Positions 47,640 to 59,924 of a DNA stretch of 64,000 bases are shown in pieces. The first letter of the stretch is position 1, and every line of letters begins with the position of its first letter. This DNA is from Octopus sinensis (lineage: Eukaryota). The position numbers and the translations under genes are program-made. The stretch spans positions 63,550,001-63,614,000 of the forward strand of contig NC_043006.1 in the NCBI RefSeq assembly GCF_006345805.1. The letters are read 5' to 3'. The notes beneath the pieces are model-generated. The model did not search any database, was not told where the DNA came from, and saw nothing but the letters and a program-made list of their open reading frames with translations.

Positions 47640-50530
47640 CTTTCACTCGTCTTCCATACTACCTCCTTCGCAACAACAACTACCAAGAGAAAACAAGCTT
47701 GCTCTTCCCTATTTAGAGAGGGCAGCAGAACAATCTTTATAGATTCGGTCAACAGTTATACTCTTCTCGAATGTGACAGCAGGTGTTCGACATAAGCCCA
47801 GAATTCCAAAACCTTTGGGCATTGCACAACCACATGCCGAACAGTTTCACTGTCCTGCCTGCATTTTGGACAAGCCAGTGAAGGTGCAGACCCATGTCTA
47901 AAAAGCTTATCTCAAACAGGTAAAGCGCCTCTATAACATTGCTATGTCAGGGACTTCTGATAATTATCCATAGGTCCTGGCTCAAATATTCTTCAGTATA
48001 GGCTGGCAAGTTGACCTTCATCGAAGCCCAGGGTTTCTCTCACGATGTCATACTTGAACTCTACTAACCCTGTATAGAAGGACTAGGTAGAACCAACGCC
48101 ACTGGCATTGCTGACTTGGAGAGAAGCACAAATGCATGCAAAATGGTTTCCCTATCCTGCCCGCACCTCGGACATGTTGGTGAGTCGGCACCTCCGTACC
48201 TTGACAGCTTATGAACAGTCAATGCCACACGGAAGTACTGCCAAGCCAGGGACTTCTGGTAATTGTCCAGACACCCTGGCCTGAAAGCTCTCTTGAACAG
48301 GTTGATCAACTGCCTCTCCCATGGGGGTTTGGGGTCATTTTGAATAGCTGCAGGGACTGGTGTCTGTGTCACTTTCTTGAGTCATTGCTCACAGTTTACA
48401 TGAATGTGGCTTTTTTTTTTTTTACCACATTCATAACATTTTAGTTTCTTCCATGGGGATTCTTAACACGATATCTTCACTTGAGTAGTCTGTCTGGAAG
48501 CATTTTGATGTCTTCTGAGCCCCCTGGATGATTGCTGAAATACTCTGCCCGAGCCAATTTTGTGGGGCAGTGCATGTAATCTGTACAAATTTTATTTTGT
48601 CTGTCCTATTGTACAGCAGGGCAGCCATTATTTTCCAAGCTTCAATTTCAGTTGGTATCTCTTCCACCTTTATGTGGGCAGTTCGCCTCCCCATATAGGT
48701 TGGCAGAAGCACCACTTCCTTCATTTTCAGCCCCTTGCTATGTATTTTATGTCTTTCCATATGGGGGTCAGGCATTTTTCGATTTTGCACTTCATTTGTA
48801 TTTTTGATGGGGATGGTGCCAATGTTTGTTTCTGTACTACAGTAAACTCCCCCTCTGGTACCTCCATGGTATTGTCTGGGGAGTTGCATTTTTTCCCAAT
48901 AGGTGCCTCAGGTTTCAAGGGGACGGGTGATTTTGTTTTAGTAGGAGCTTGTGTGTGCAGGGTTGGGTTTTTATATTGTTTGGAGACCGGCACCGCAGCC
49001 TCAGGGGTGGGAGTCTTTGTCTTTGTGGGGATTGGTCTGTGTGGGAGTGGGAATATTTTTTATACTTGAAGGGCCTGGTGTCTGCGCCATCTTTTTTCAT
49101 TCATCTCAATCTGCCCAAACATGGTCCTTTTTGCCACTGTTTCTTTTAGTATGGCTACTACACAGAAAAAGCAAGCGTTCCTCTACTTGTTAAGGGAAGG
49201 AGGCGACACGATCTCGATGATAGCTGTACTCTTCCCATTAATGACAACAGTTCTGCAAAAGCTATCAGTCCCGTTAATTTGGGACACTCCACAAGTGTGT
49301 GCATGATGGTTTCCCTGTCCTAAATGCACCCCAGACATGTCGGCGAGACAGAACTTCTGTGCCTTGACAGTTTATCATTAATAGGTAACGCTGCACGGAA
49401 GCACTGCCAAGCCAGGGATTTCTGGTAATTATCCAGATACCCCAGCTTGAAAACTCTCCTGAACAGGTTGATCAAGTGCTTTTCATCGCAGCCCAGGGTC
49501 TCCCCAAAGGTGTCTTTAGACATAATCTCCACTAACCCACTATAAAAATCCATGGTAGCAGCAATCCAACCATGGAACGTTGGACCCAGGCCAGCTTTCT
49601 CAAGGACCACCACCAAGTACTGATGGTCGACCCTATCAAATGCTTTAGACTGGTCTAAATGTACCAATGCCCCTCCTGTACCAGAAAGCTTCCCTACCCT
49701 CTGTAAGGTGTAGCGTAGAAAATAGAGGTTGTTGTGGATTGACCTGCCCAGGATTGTGCAAGTTTGCGCCCTCCCAACAAGTCTGTCCATGACCTGCGCC
49801 AACCTTTTGCTAACACCTTGGCCAAAATCTTTAACTCTGTGTTTAGCATAGTTATGGACTGGAAGTTATTAATCTTGTCCCCCTTTCTTAGGTCCTTTCT
49901 GATCAATGCCACCACCCCTTGGCTTGCAGACTTAGGAATTCCCCCATTCTGCTGCCAGTTGGCATAAACACTGGCCAGCAGGTGCCTGATCAAGTCCGGC
50001 ATACTCTTATAGAATTCATTGGGTAGACCATTGAGTCTTGGCGACTTCTCCCTGGGGCATTCGCTTAGCACCTCAATCACCTCCTCGGCTGTAATTGGCC
50101 CTTCACAGCACTTAGCCTCTTGTGCCGAGAGACGTGGGCTGCCAGACAGGAAGTCCCTAATAGCCTCACCGTGATCCAGCTTCCTGCTCCTCCCAAACAA
50201 CTCAGCAAAGTGCTTGTAAAACACCTCATACATCTCATCCCATCCGTTGCCCGAATTCTCATTATCGTCGGTCAGAGAACTAATTGTGGTATCATTGCCG
50301 CCTTGGGTTTCTACCTCATGGGCCCTTCCACGACCATTAATTCCCTCACGGCCCAATGCTCACACTTTAGCCCGAACTCTACATCCTTCATGTTTGGCTT
50401 TGAGGTGACGGTACAAGACCATTCTCGCTGCCAAAATGTGGGATGCAGAGTCCAATCTCAATGCCTCTTCTAAGTCCTTAACTAGTCGCCCTTCTATTCT
50501 GGCCTTATCTAGTCTTAGCTGACGGCTAAG
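47640..50530 (-). mobile_element. Mosaic of L1/Tx1 fragments (ORF2 C-term, ORF1, RT)
   Basis: CPRCGQDRETILHAFV; LLPTYMGRRTAHIKV; KSPRLNGLPNEFY; LDQSKAFDRVDH. Confidence 0.85.
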
Positions 50531-51309
50531 GTGTGCATTGAACATTTCTTTTGCCATGTAAACTGTTAGTTTTAGCAAATAATGCTATGGTGCTGAAATA
50601 ATATCTGAGGTATCATTTTTGTAATGAATTCACTTGAGATTCGTTTACCCTACCAATTATTTCTTTTCCTACAAACATTTTAAATGAGAAATGTGTAGTA
50701 TCTGAGGTATCACTTTTGCAGTGAATTGATACTTAATTGTATTCCCTCACCAATCAATTTGTTCTATAAATGAGAAATGAGGAGACGTTTCCCTTAATGT
50801 ACTCTTACACAACATTTCTATGATATTTTTCTGCTGACAGGTGGGAGTTCACTGCCCTGACCTACTGAACAGTTTCATACCTATGAATTTTGAATATTGT
50901 AAATGTGAAATCCTGAAAAAACCTGAGTGAATTGTTTTAATTTTTAAAATGAATGGGTTAATAGGGAGAATCATTTACCTGACTGGAATGGAAAGCAGCA
51001 GAGTGTCTTGGCAGATTACAGTGAAATCAGTGATAGAAAGTGTGCATTGAACATTTCTGCTGCTATGTAAGTCTGTTAATACGAGCAGATTTTACTACAT
51101 AGTGTATCCATAAATATTGTTAAAAATGAAAATCTTCAATTTCAGGATAATTAATGGTGGCATTCAAATGAAACTTTGAACATTTGTGAGCTGAAGAAAA
51201 ATAATTCACAAAATTTATTCAAAATGGCGCCCTCTGCTGTTGGTAGAACATTTGAAACACTGAAGCCATTCATCTTTTGCTGGATTCACAATATCAATTG
51301 GAACAGAAC

Positions 51310-53120
51310 GCTAGATTGAAAACAGCTCCATTAGGTAGCCGTTTATCTGGACTGTAGACTTGATGCCACTGTACATAATGGAGATCCACCCACAAAAGCC
51401 AGGGCCCAACCCAGCTGCTTCGAGGACCGCCCCCAGGTACCGATGGTCTGTCCTATCGAACGCTTTACTGTGGTCTAAATGGACCGATGTCCCTCCTTTG
51501 CCGGCTAATTTCCCAACCTTATCTAAGGTGTAGCGGAGAAGGTGAAGATTATCCTGGATCGACCTGCCTGGGATTGCACATGTCTGTGCCTTCCCAACAA
51601 GTTTCTCCACGACAGCCGTCAACCTTTTTGCTAACACCTTGGCCAAAATCTTTAAGTCTACATTAAGTAGAGTTATGGGCCTATAATTACAGATACTGGC
51701 CCCTCTTGCTCAGATCTTTCTCGATCAGTGTCACAACTCCCTGGCTCACAAAACTGGGAATCCTCCCATTCTGTTGCCAGTTTGTATAGACACCTGCCAG
51801 TATCTCCCCGAACAAGTCTGGCATACAATGATAAAACTCATAGGGCAGACCATCTAGCCTTGGTGACTTTTCTCTGGAACACTCAACCGACACCTCTTAA
51901 CTCCACGGGAGTGATCAGTCCTTCACAGCATTCAACTTCATGTGCCGAGAGTCGCGGTCCCCTTGCTAGGAAGTCCATTAAAGTCTTCCCCCGCTCAAGC
52001 GGACCACTCTCCCAGAGCAACTGAGCAAAATGCTGGTGAAAGACTTTCTGCATCTCCTCCTGTCCATAGATCTTGCGCCCTTGTTCGTCTGTTAAAGACT
52101 TTATAGAGGACATTTTACCTCTCTGACTCTGCACGACGTGCCCATCCAGCAACATTAATACTTTCTTGTTTCCCTGCACGTAGCTTAGCTCTGACTATGC
52201 AACCTTCATGCTTGGCGTTGAGGTGATGGTACAAAACCGTTCTTGCTGCCAGCACTCTAGATGCAGGGCCGATTCCATTGCCTCGTCTAAGTTCTTAACT
52301 AAATCGTCCTCTATTCTAGTCCTATCTAAACTCAGCTGCTTGCTAAATCTAATGGACTCCAAACGGATGGCTCTTTTGAGGGTGTGCCACCATCTATTGT
52401 TAATGATGGTGTCACATAATGCCCTCTGAAGTCAAAATAGACTTGTTCATTTTCCAATATCCAGGTCCTTGTCTATGACATTTATCTACGTGTACCTCAC
52501 ACATCACAAGTTTGTGATCCATGTAAGGCACAATACAAAATTGTGGACAACTAATACTATTCTTATCTCTTGCCTTAATAAATACCCTATTTAGGTACGA
52601 TCTGCGTGAGCCGTCATTGTTACTCCACGTCCACTGTGGAACGCTCGGCTCATCCAGTCGGTAACGGTCTACTAGATTATAGCTCTCTAGTAGACCCTTG
52701 AGGCAAGGATTCCCTTTCCTATGAGTTGAGCCCACACTATCGACCCGTGCATCGAGGATAGTGTTGAAGTCCCCTACCAAAACTAACGTTTTAGACGTCA
52801 CTAGAAAGTGCTCCAGGTCCTGGTAAAGACCAGACTGCCTACACTCCTTAGGAGCATAGACAGCTACCAACCTGATGGACTGTTTACTCATATGAGTCAC
52901 ATCCAGGACAACCAGCCTACCTTTTGGGTCCAGAAAGACAGTACTTACCTGAAAATCCAAATTCTTCCTGATAAGGACTGCCATGCCTGCACCTCCTCCT
53001 CAGCTAGGAGAAATAAATTTCTCGTAACCACTCAGAAGAGGCGATACATGGACAGACAACACAACACATTGGGGTACATAAAACATATGTACTGTTCTAC
53101 CTCCTCTTTGTGTTTCTGGA
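51310..53120 (-). mobile_element. L1/Tx1 ORF2 fragment (APE plus RT N-half), frameshifted
   Basis: FLDPKGRLVVLDV, LVGDFN, SYLNRVF, YMDHKLV, GPGYWKMN, KSPRLDGLPYEFY, LDHSKAFDR. Confidence 0.9.
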
Positions 53121-54560
53121 ATCTTTATTATAGGCACAATGGCCCGAATGAAGAAGGGACAATACAATACAGAGCATGGGGTACATGTAACAAAATTACA
53201 GAAACGATGGTATGAAATGAAATATTTATAATGAATTAAATGGAATGACTTACGAGCCCCCCAAAGCTCGCAGTTTCATTTACAATTACAATTGTGCTAT
53301 CCGGGGCGTTCATCCGTAATGTAAGCGATTAACTCCTCCCTGTTCTATAATACCTGGCAAACTGTCATATCGAATGTATTGCATTATGCCTACAGCTATA
53401 TTTGAATTTCTTAATTTCATTACTGTCTCTCTTTCTACAATTGCTGCCTTTATTTGATCATCGAATATCTTCGGGTTCAGTTTTACTCTAGTTAGATTTT
53501 TCATATTCGCTAATTTCTTCTCAATTTCTTTATCCTTTTTGTACAACATTATCGCTTTGAGATTTCTTCCTTTTGGCCTTCGTCCTTCCTTACATATTTT
53601 CAGTTGTTCTTCCAGTTTTCTTTCCTATTCTTTCTCTTCATCCCACGTTGAAACTTCACTCACTTTCGTTGCTGTATCTCTCTCTTCATGCGTTCGCTCC
53701 TCTATCTCGTCGGCAGACTTCTTTTTTCGGTCTTTGGGTGGTGATTCCACCCGTGTTCGCTTTCTTTCTTCCGTTCTTTCCTTTTCTTTCTCCTTCACCA
53801 ACTCGTCACCACTTTCTACATTGTCTGTTGTCACGATTTCCTCTTCCGCTTGCAATTCCATATTCTCCTTTTGTAACTCCTCTGTCAAAGCCTCCAGTGT
53901 TATCGTCTTCTCTTGTACTTCTCTTAGGGGGCACACATCCTTCATATGCCCTCTACTTTTACATTTGTAACACACTGGTGGTCTCCCCTCCACCACGACT
54001 CTCAGTCATGTCTCGTCGGGGAACACTAATTCCTCTGGGATTTTATACAGGTCTAGCATGGTTATGTGAACCAAAGCCTGCACCGCATAACCCCACCAAT
54101 TTCGACTTTTCTACCTTCAGTATGTCGACGCTCTCTTTGCAGTTGAATATTATTGCCACTACTATCCTTTCCGTGTCAAGCTCCGGTGGGATTTTACTAA
54201 TCTGTATTCTCACTGCTCTTTTTCCACAATAGCTTGGAAGCAGGATCCATTTTCGGATTTCAATACTATCGTGGTGTTTCTCTTGGCTTCGTCTTCGTTT
54301 TCAAAACGAACGTCTACTGTCGTAAATTTTCTACCTCTATTGTAGAAGGTAGTTTTCCCTTTAATTTCCTGTAGACACTTCTCGATTTCTTCCACTTCTG
54401 CTACTTCTATTCTCTTCGAAACCACACTCCACGTTCTGTATGTTATTATTTTCTTCTCCACTTCCTTCACTTCGTCTTCAGGTGGTGTGACCCTCATCTT
54501 CCTCAAACTCTCCTTCTCGATGACTATCTCTTCCAACTGTAGTTCGCTCTTAGTTTCACT
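53120..54560 (-). mobile_element. ORF1-only L1/Tx1-like element, copy 1
   Basis: RRM-like region, knuckle CYKCKSRGHMKDVCP, acidic coil and C-terminal domain, then directly a ~190-bp UTR ending AATAAAGA; no ORF2. Confidence 0.7.
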
Positions 54561-55200
54561 TCCTTGGACAACACGACCTCCTCTGCAATTTTGTGCAAAT
54601 CTTGTAAATTGATTTGGACAGTCACCTCGAGGCCATATCCCTTCAGTTTACCTCATTCATTCTTGATGCTTTCAGCACTTGTTTCTTCCTTCGTGTTGTA
54701 GAGGATGGCTGCCACCACCCATGCCTCATCAATCTCCGGGGGCACTCTGCCAATCCTAACACTGGCTGCACGTTTGCCACAGTAGGTTGGCAGTAGCACC
54801 CATTCTGCTGACCTCAATGACACAGTGGAGTGTTTTATTGAGTCTTGTTCGCTCACGAACCGCACCTCCACTGTGCCATACTTTTTGCCTCTTTTATAGA
54901 ATGTCGTGAGGCCTTTTATGTCCTTCAGACATTCTTCAGCTGCTTCCACTGTAGCTATTTCTATCATTTTTGATGCCGTTGACAATGTTCTATACACTAC
55001 TGTCCGTTTTGCTGCATTTTCCGTCACATCTTTCAGCGGGGTCAACTTCAGGTTGGTAACTTCCTTTTCGATAAGGTTGTTATACTTCTATTCGTCTATA
55101 TTTACTTCTCTCATTTGTAATATATCAGCAGTCAAACCTGTTCTCGTTGCTGCAGCAAAACTGCCTGCTGGAACTGGTTGGCTCTCCATCATTTCATCCA
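54560..55200 (-). mobile_element. L1/Tx1 ORF1 N-terminal fragment
   Basis: KRTVVYRT...FYKRGKKYGTVEVRF...LLPTYCGKR...VPPEIDEAWVVAAIL. Confidence 0.75.
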
Positions 55201-55852
55201 TAAATGGGTAAGAAAACAATTAGGCGAAAATAGCATTTCAATAATTAACAATAATTAGTTGGAGACCTTCAACAAGTAATCAACAAAGTGAATTACACGG
55301 GTCAAAATGACTAAACAATATGGACTCTGGTCACATCCAACACTGGCACCCTTATACCATACCTGTCAACAACATATGTTGTCTTGGCATTCAGTTCCAC
55401 CCTCATAAATTTGAATATTGTAATGGAGAAGTCATGTTTTCTTCAATGTAGAATGGCAAGAAATTGATTCTTAATTCTATTATCATCCCTTGCACAACAT
55501 TTCTACGCTTATAAATGTAGAAAATATTAACTCACCAAAGGTAATCCTAATTCTATCATATCTTGAAACTTAAATGGGAATGACAACCATTTTTTCCTAT
55601 ATGTAAAATGGTAAGAAATTGATAGTTTATGTTATTATTGTCCCTTGCACAACATTTCTACACTTATAAATGTAGAAAATACTAAGCAAGATACCAAAGG
55701 TAATCTTAACTGTATCATATGTTGCATTTTTTTTTAATATATATAAAATGGCAAGAAATTAGTTCTCAGTTCTATTATCATTTTGGTCAATCAAGTAAAT
55801 GGTTCTACCAGTTTCATACCTATAAATTTCGAATATTGTGAATGTTAATATG

Positions 55853-57029
55853 TATTTCTTTATTACCCACAAAGGGGCCACGAAGAGGGGGACATTACAA
55901 GACGGGACATGGGGTACATAAAGTAAAAATAAAATATGAAGTAAAGATGAATTATATGTAATGAGATGGAACGGCTTACGAACCCCCAACTCGCAGTTCC
56001 GTTTAAAATACAATTGTACATTTCATATATTCCAGTTCAAAATACAATTTTACAGTTACATATATTCCAGTTCAAAGTACAATAATTTTACAATTTACAT
56101 TTTAACATTACATATATTCCTGTTCAAAATACAACTTTACATCTTACAATTTTACAATTAACAATTCTAATTCTTTTATATTGGACGTTCGTCCGTCATA
56201 TATTCTAATAGGTCCATATGGTCTATTACATTTGGTAAATTGTCATACCGTACATAATGCGTTATATGAATAGCATTAAATATCTTTTTTAATTTTGTGT
56301 ATGTTTCTTTTTCTATAATTGCGCCTTTTACATCGTCGCCATACAGTTTTGGGTTCACCTTCACCCTGACCAACCCTTTCCTACCTGCAAGTCTCTTTTC
56401 CACTTCTGTATTCTTAATATACATCACAACTGCTTTCAGGTTTTTTCCTGTAGGCCTTCTTCCATATTTACACGATTCCAACTGTTCGTTCACTCTTGTC
56501 TCCCATTCTTGTTCAAACTCTGTCCTTGGCCGCTCTCTCGCCTTCTCTTTTACTTCCTGTTCTTTGCATGTTCTCTCTTCTCTCTCTTCTGCTATCTTGC
56601 TTTTGATTTTTTTCTTTTTTAGATCTTTCGGTGGTGATTCCACCCTTGATCTCTTCCTATCTTCTGTTTTTTCCTCTTCTGCACTTGCTCGTTCTTCTCC
56701 CGTATCCTCATTTAACTGCTCCTCCATTCGTGCTTCCTCCGCTTTCGCTTCCTCCACACACGCATCTTTACACTCCTCTATTACAACCTCCGGTGCTTTT
56801 GTTTTTTCCCCCGGGCACACATCCTTCATGTGGCCCCTCGATTTACAATTATAGCAGATTGGGGGTCTTCCCTCTACCACAACTCTGAGCCGTGTCTCGT
56901 CAGGGTAGACCAACTCCTCCGGGATGTTGTACAGGTCTCGCACGGTTATGTGTGCCAGAACCTGCACCGTATATCCCCACCACTTAACCTCTGCTGACTT
57001 CTCCACCTTCAATACCTCCACATTATCCT
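55853..57029 (-). mobile_element. ORF1-only L1/Tx1-like element, copy 2, 5'-truncated
   Basis: Open 281-aa frame (56176-57021) with knuckle CYNCKSRGHMKDVCP, UTR ending TGTGGGTAATAAAGAAAT, flanked by the 10-bp direct repeat TGTTAATATG. Confidence 0.8.
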
Positions 57030-58934
57030 TGTTAATATGAGCAAATAATGCTATGGTGCTGGAGTAATATCTGAGGTATCATTTTTGCCATGAATTCATA
57101 TTTAATTGTATTCTCCTACCAATTAATTTGTTCTCCTAGAAATGAGAAACATTCTGAATGAGAAATGAGATGTTTCCCTCAATGTAAAATCACAAATTGT
57201 GTTTTTTAATTTTATCATCCCTTACACAACATTTCTACTCCTCAGATATGTTTCTGTAGGAAATGAATGGGTAATGAGTGAATGAGAGCGAAGAACTTTA
57301 ATTTTGAAACTGAATGGGTCTATCATAAAAATCTCTTTTTAAGTGGAATGATAACAAGAATGATGTGGACACCAGTTATGACAGTTTCTGTTTCTCATGA
57401 CAAGATCACAATATTTGATATTATAATGTCTGAGTCTTCCCCAGATTCATAAATCTTTACAATTGTTCTATATTTTTAACTGCAATTTATTGGAAGAAAC
57501 AAAATTATTATATTTCTCATGCATAATATAATGAAACTATAATATTGAAAAAAGAATTTATAAGAACTTATAAATTTTCCTTATTAAAATTATCAAATGC
57601 TATAAAAGACATTACCCCTTATGAGATTGGGGAATTTTTTGTGTTGTTCGTCAATTTTTTTTTTCTTTTTGGCTTGAGTCCGGGGTGTTGTATATTGCAC
57701 CCCCTCTCCCAATTTCCTTATTTTTGGCTATGACAATAATCAAATTTTTGTTGGCTCTCCTCAACAGCATGAAGTTAGGAGTTTCTGTGGTTGTCTGTTG
57801 TGTGTGTTTTCTTTTTGGGGCGATGTGGGGTTGCCATAGTGTTGGAGTTTTCTGGTTTCACAAGAAGCAAGATTTCTATGGTTAACCCGGAAGTTCTCCC
57901 TACTGTTCTGTTTCACCTCCAGGAGGTGACAATCCACTAGATGTTCACGCCAGGGCAGAATACCCGATATTCTTATCCTGGCTGTTCTTTTTGAAAGATC
58001 GGTTGGGCACAGGACCCACTCCTCACTCTACCAGAAGTTTTTGTGCAGGGTCCTCATTTTTGAAGAGGACTTCGAAACTGTCATACTGTCTGCTTCTTTT
58101 CATGTGGGCCACATCTAAAATATCCTTCAGAGCTTCCACCACTTGACAGATTGAGGTCATTTTTGCTTAGCTGCATTTACACGAGGCACATTTAAAATAT
58201 ACTGTTTTTTTTTCTTTTGTTTCCATCATTTTAGGAGGCCTTACCCCACTCAATTTTACTGGGTTTTTATGGCTTGGGTCAGTTCCTTTATCTTCTCATT
58301 GAGGGCTAACAGAAACATTTCTTTTTTAGCACTGGCCATGTCAGCAGACCTTATTTGATTTGGTGAAGTTGTTTTTGTTGGTGTCATTGTTTGCCATTGG
58401 TTGCATCCTTGTTGTTGATAGTGGTGCTATCACATCCAGCCCTAGCAACCTGAGATTGTTGAGCAAGCGAGCGACCATCCTTCCAAGGGGACCGCAGTTG
58501 ATGAGCATTTATGTAGCCCACTCATAGGGAGGCCTTCTGACTTAACAAGCACCGAAATGGTGCCATATTGTCTACCCCTTGCTATGTACTAAATGTCATT
58601 CTGGATACACCCTGAGCAGGTGTTGATAGACAAGCAATCATCATTTAACATCCGTTCTCCATGCTGGCATGGATTGGATGGTTTGACTGAGGCTTGTAAG
58701 CTGGAAGGCTGCACCAGACTCCAGTCTGATTTGGCATGGTTTTCAATGGTTTTCTTTGGCATGCTTTTCTCAGTATAAAATTCTGGGGCAGAGGGTTAGT
58801 TTGTAACTGGTACTCATTTTATTGACTCCCACCACTGAAAAGATGAAAGGCATAGCTAACCTCAGTAGAATTTGAACTCAGAATGTAGAGACTAAACATT
58901 TTGCTAAACACCACAACAATAATAATAATAATTA

Positions 58935-59800
58935 ATTCTTTTATTGGCCACAAGGACTGACAAAAATTAATTATAACATAAAGGGACAAAACACAGGACG
59001 AAAGTTACAAAGGGTTTTGTCCATTTGTAAAAATCTGTGTAAAAAACAGTGTAACAACGAAAAATATTCAACAATGAAAAAAACTCCCTATAGGTGGAGG
59101 CGTTACGAAAGGTTCCTGGTGGAAAAAGCCATGGGAGCCTGGTCAAAAGGTGGGGTAGAGAGCCCCTTTCTCCTTTTGTAATACCTTTTTCTTACAGGTG
59201 TATCCTCAGAATCGCTCCTTTCATACTAGCCATTCTTGCGACATTTATCCACCTTTCATTAAACTTGCTATCAGACAGCACTTCCCTCTCTACTCTCACC
59301 TTCCTTTTCAAGTGAAACTTGAAAAAGTTGATGCGGCCTGGGCCAAAGAGGAAAGTGTCTGACCATAGCCCTTTCAAACGGGTCCACCATACCACCTCTT
59401 TTGCTACAGCCATTAGGCAAAGGAAAACTGCCTTGCCCTCCCGGTTAAAGGGGGTCGGTGGGGCAATCTTCACTATGGATTCAGCTGATAGCCAGATTCG
59501 TCCTCTACGCGACAGTAGCTCTTCGACATAAACCCATAGTTCAGCAATACTCGGACACTGAACGAGTGTGTGCAGAACAGTTTCATCGTCCTGGCAGCAC
59601 CTCGGGCAGGTCCGGCTGATGGCACTTCTGTGCCGGTAGAGTTTATCTCGAACAGGCAGAGCTCCTTGGTAACACTGCCAGGCGAGGGATTTCTAGAAAT
59701 TATCCATTGGCCCCGGCCCGAAAGTCCTTCCGAACAGACTGCTCAGCTCATTATCGTCAATGCCTAGAGTTTCCCCGAGAACGTCGTCGCACTTTTCTTC
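58935..59800 (-). mobile_element. L1/Tx1 LINE 3' end
   Basis: CPRCCQDDETVLHTLVQC finger, AVAKEVVWWTRLKG, UTR ending TGTGGCCAATAAAGAA. Confidence 0.85.
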
Positions 59801-59818
59801 CACTAACCCTCTGTAGAA

Positions 59819-59924
59819 CTAGGGTCATAATTATGGGTGACAATTTCATATGACGTCGCTAGAAAAAACTGCCATTTTTTCTAGTGGTGTCATATGAAAT
59901 TGTCGCCCATAATTATGACCCTAG
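59819..59924. repeat. 106-bp near-perfect palindrome at the head of a dispersed repeat (59925-60290, related to 37420-37640)
   Basis: 50-bp arms, 6-nt loop, 4 mismatches. Confidence 0.9.

Noticed and set aside
53539-56888. Long plus-strand Ser/Phe/Leu-rich ORFs (53539-53970, 53573-54232, 56297-56854)
   Set aside because: Antisense shadows of purine-rich L1 ORF1 sequence.
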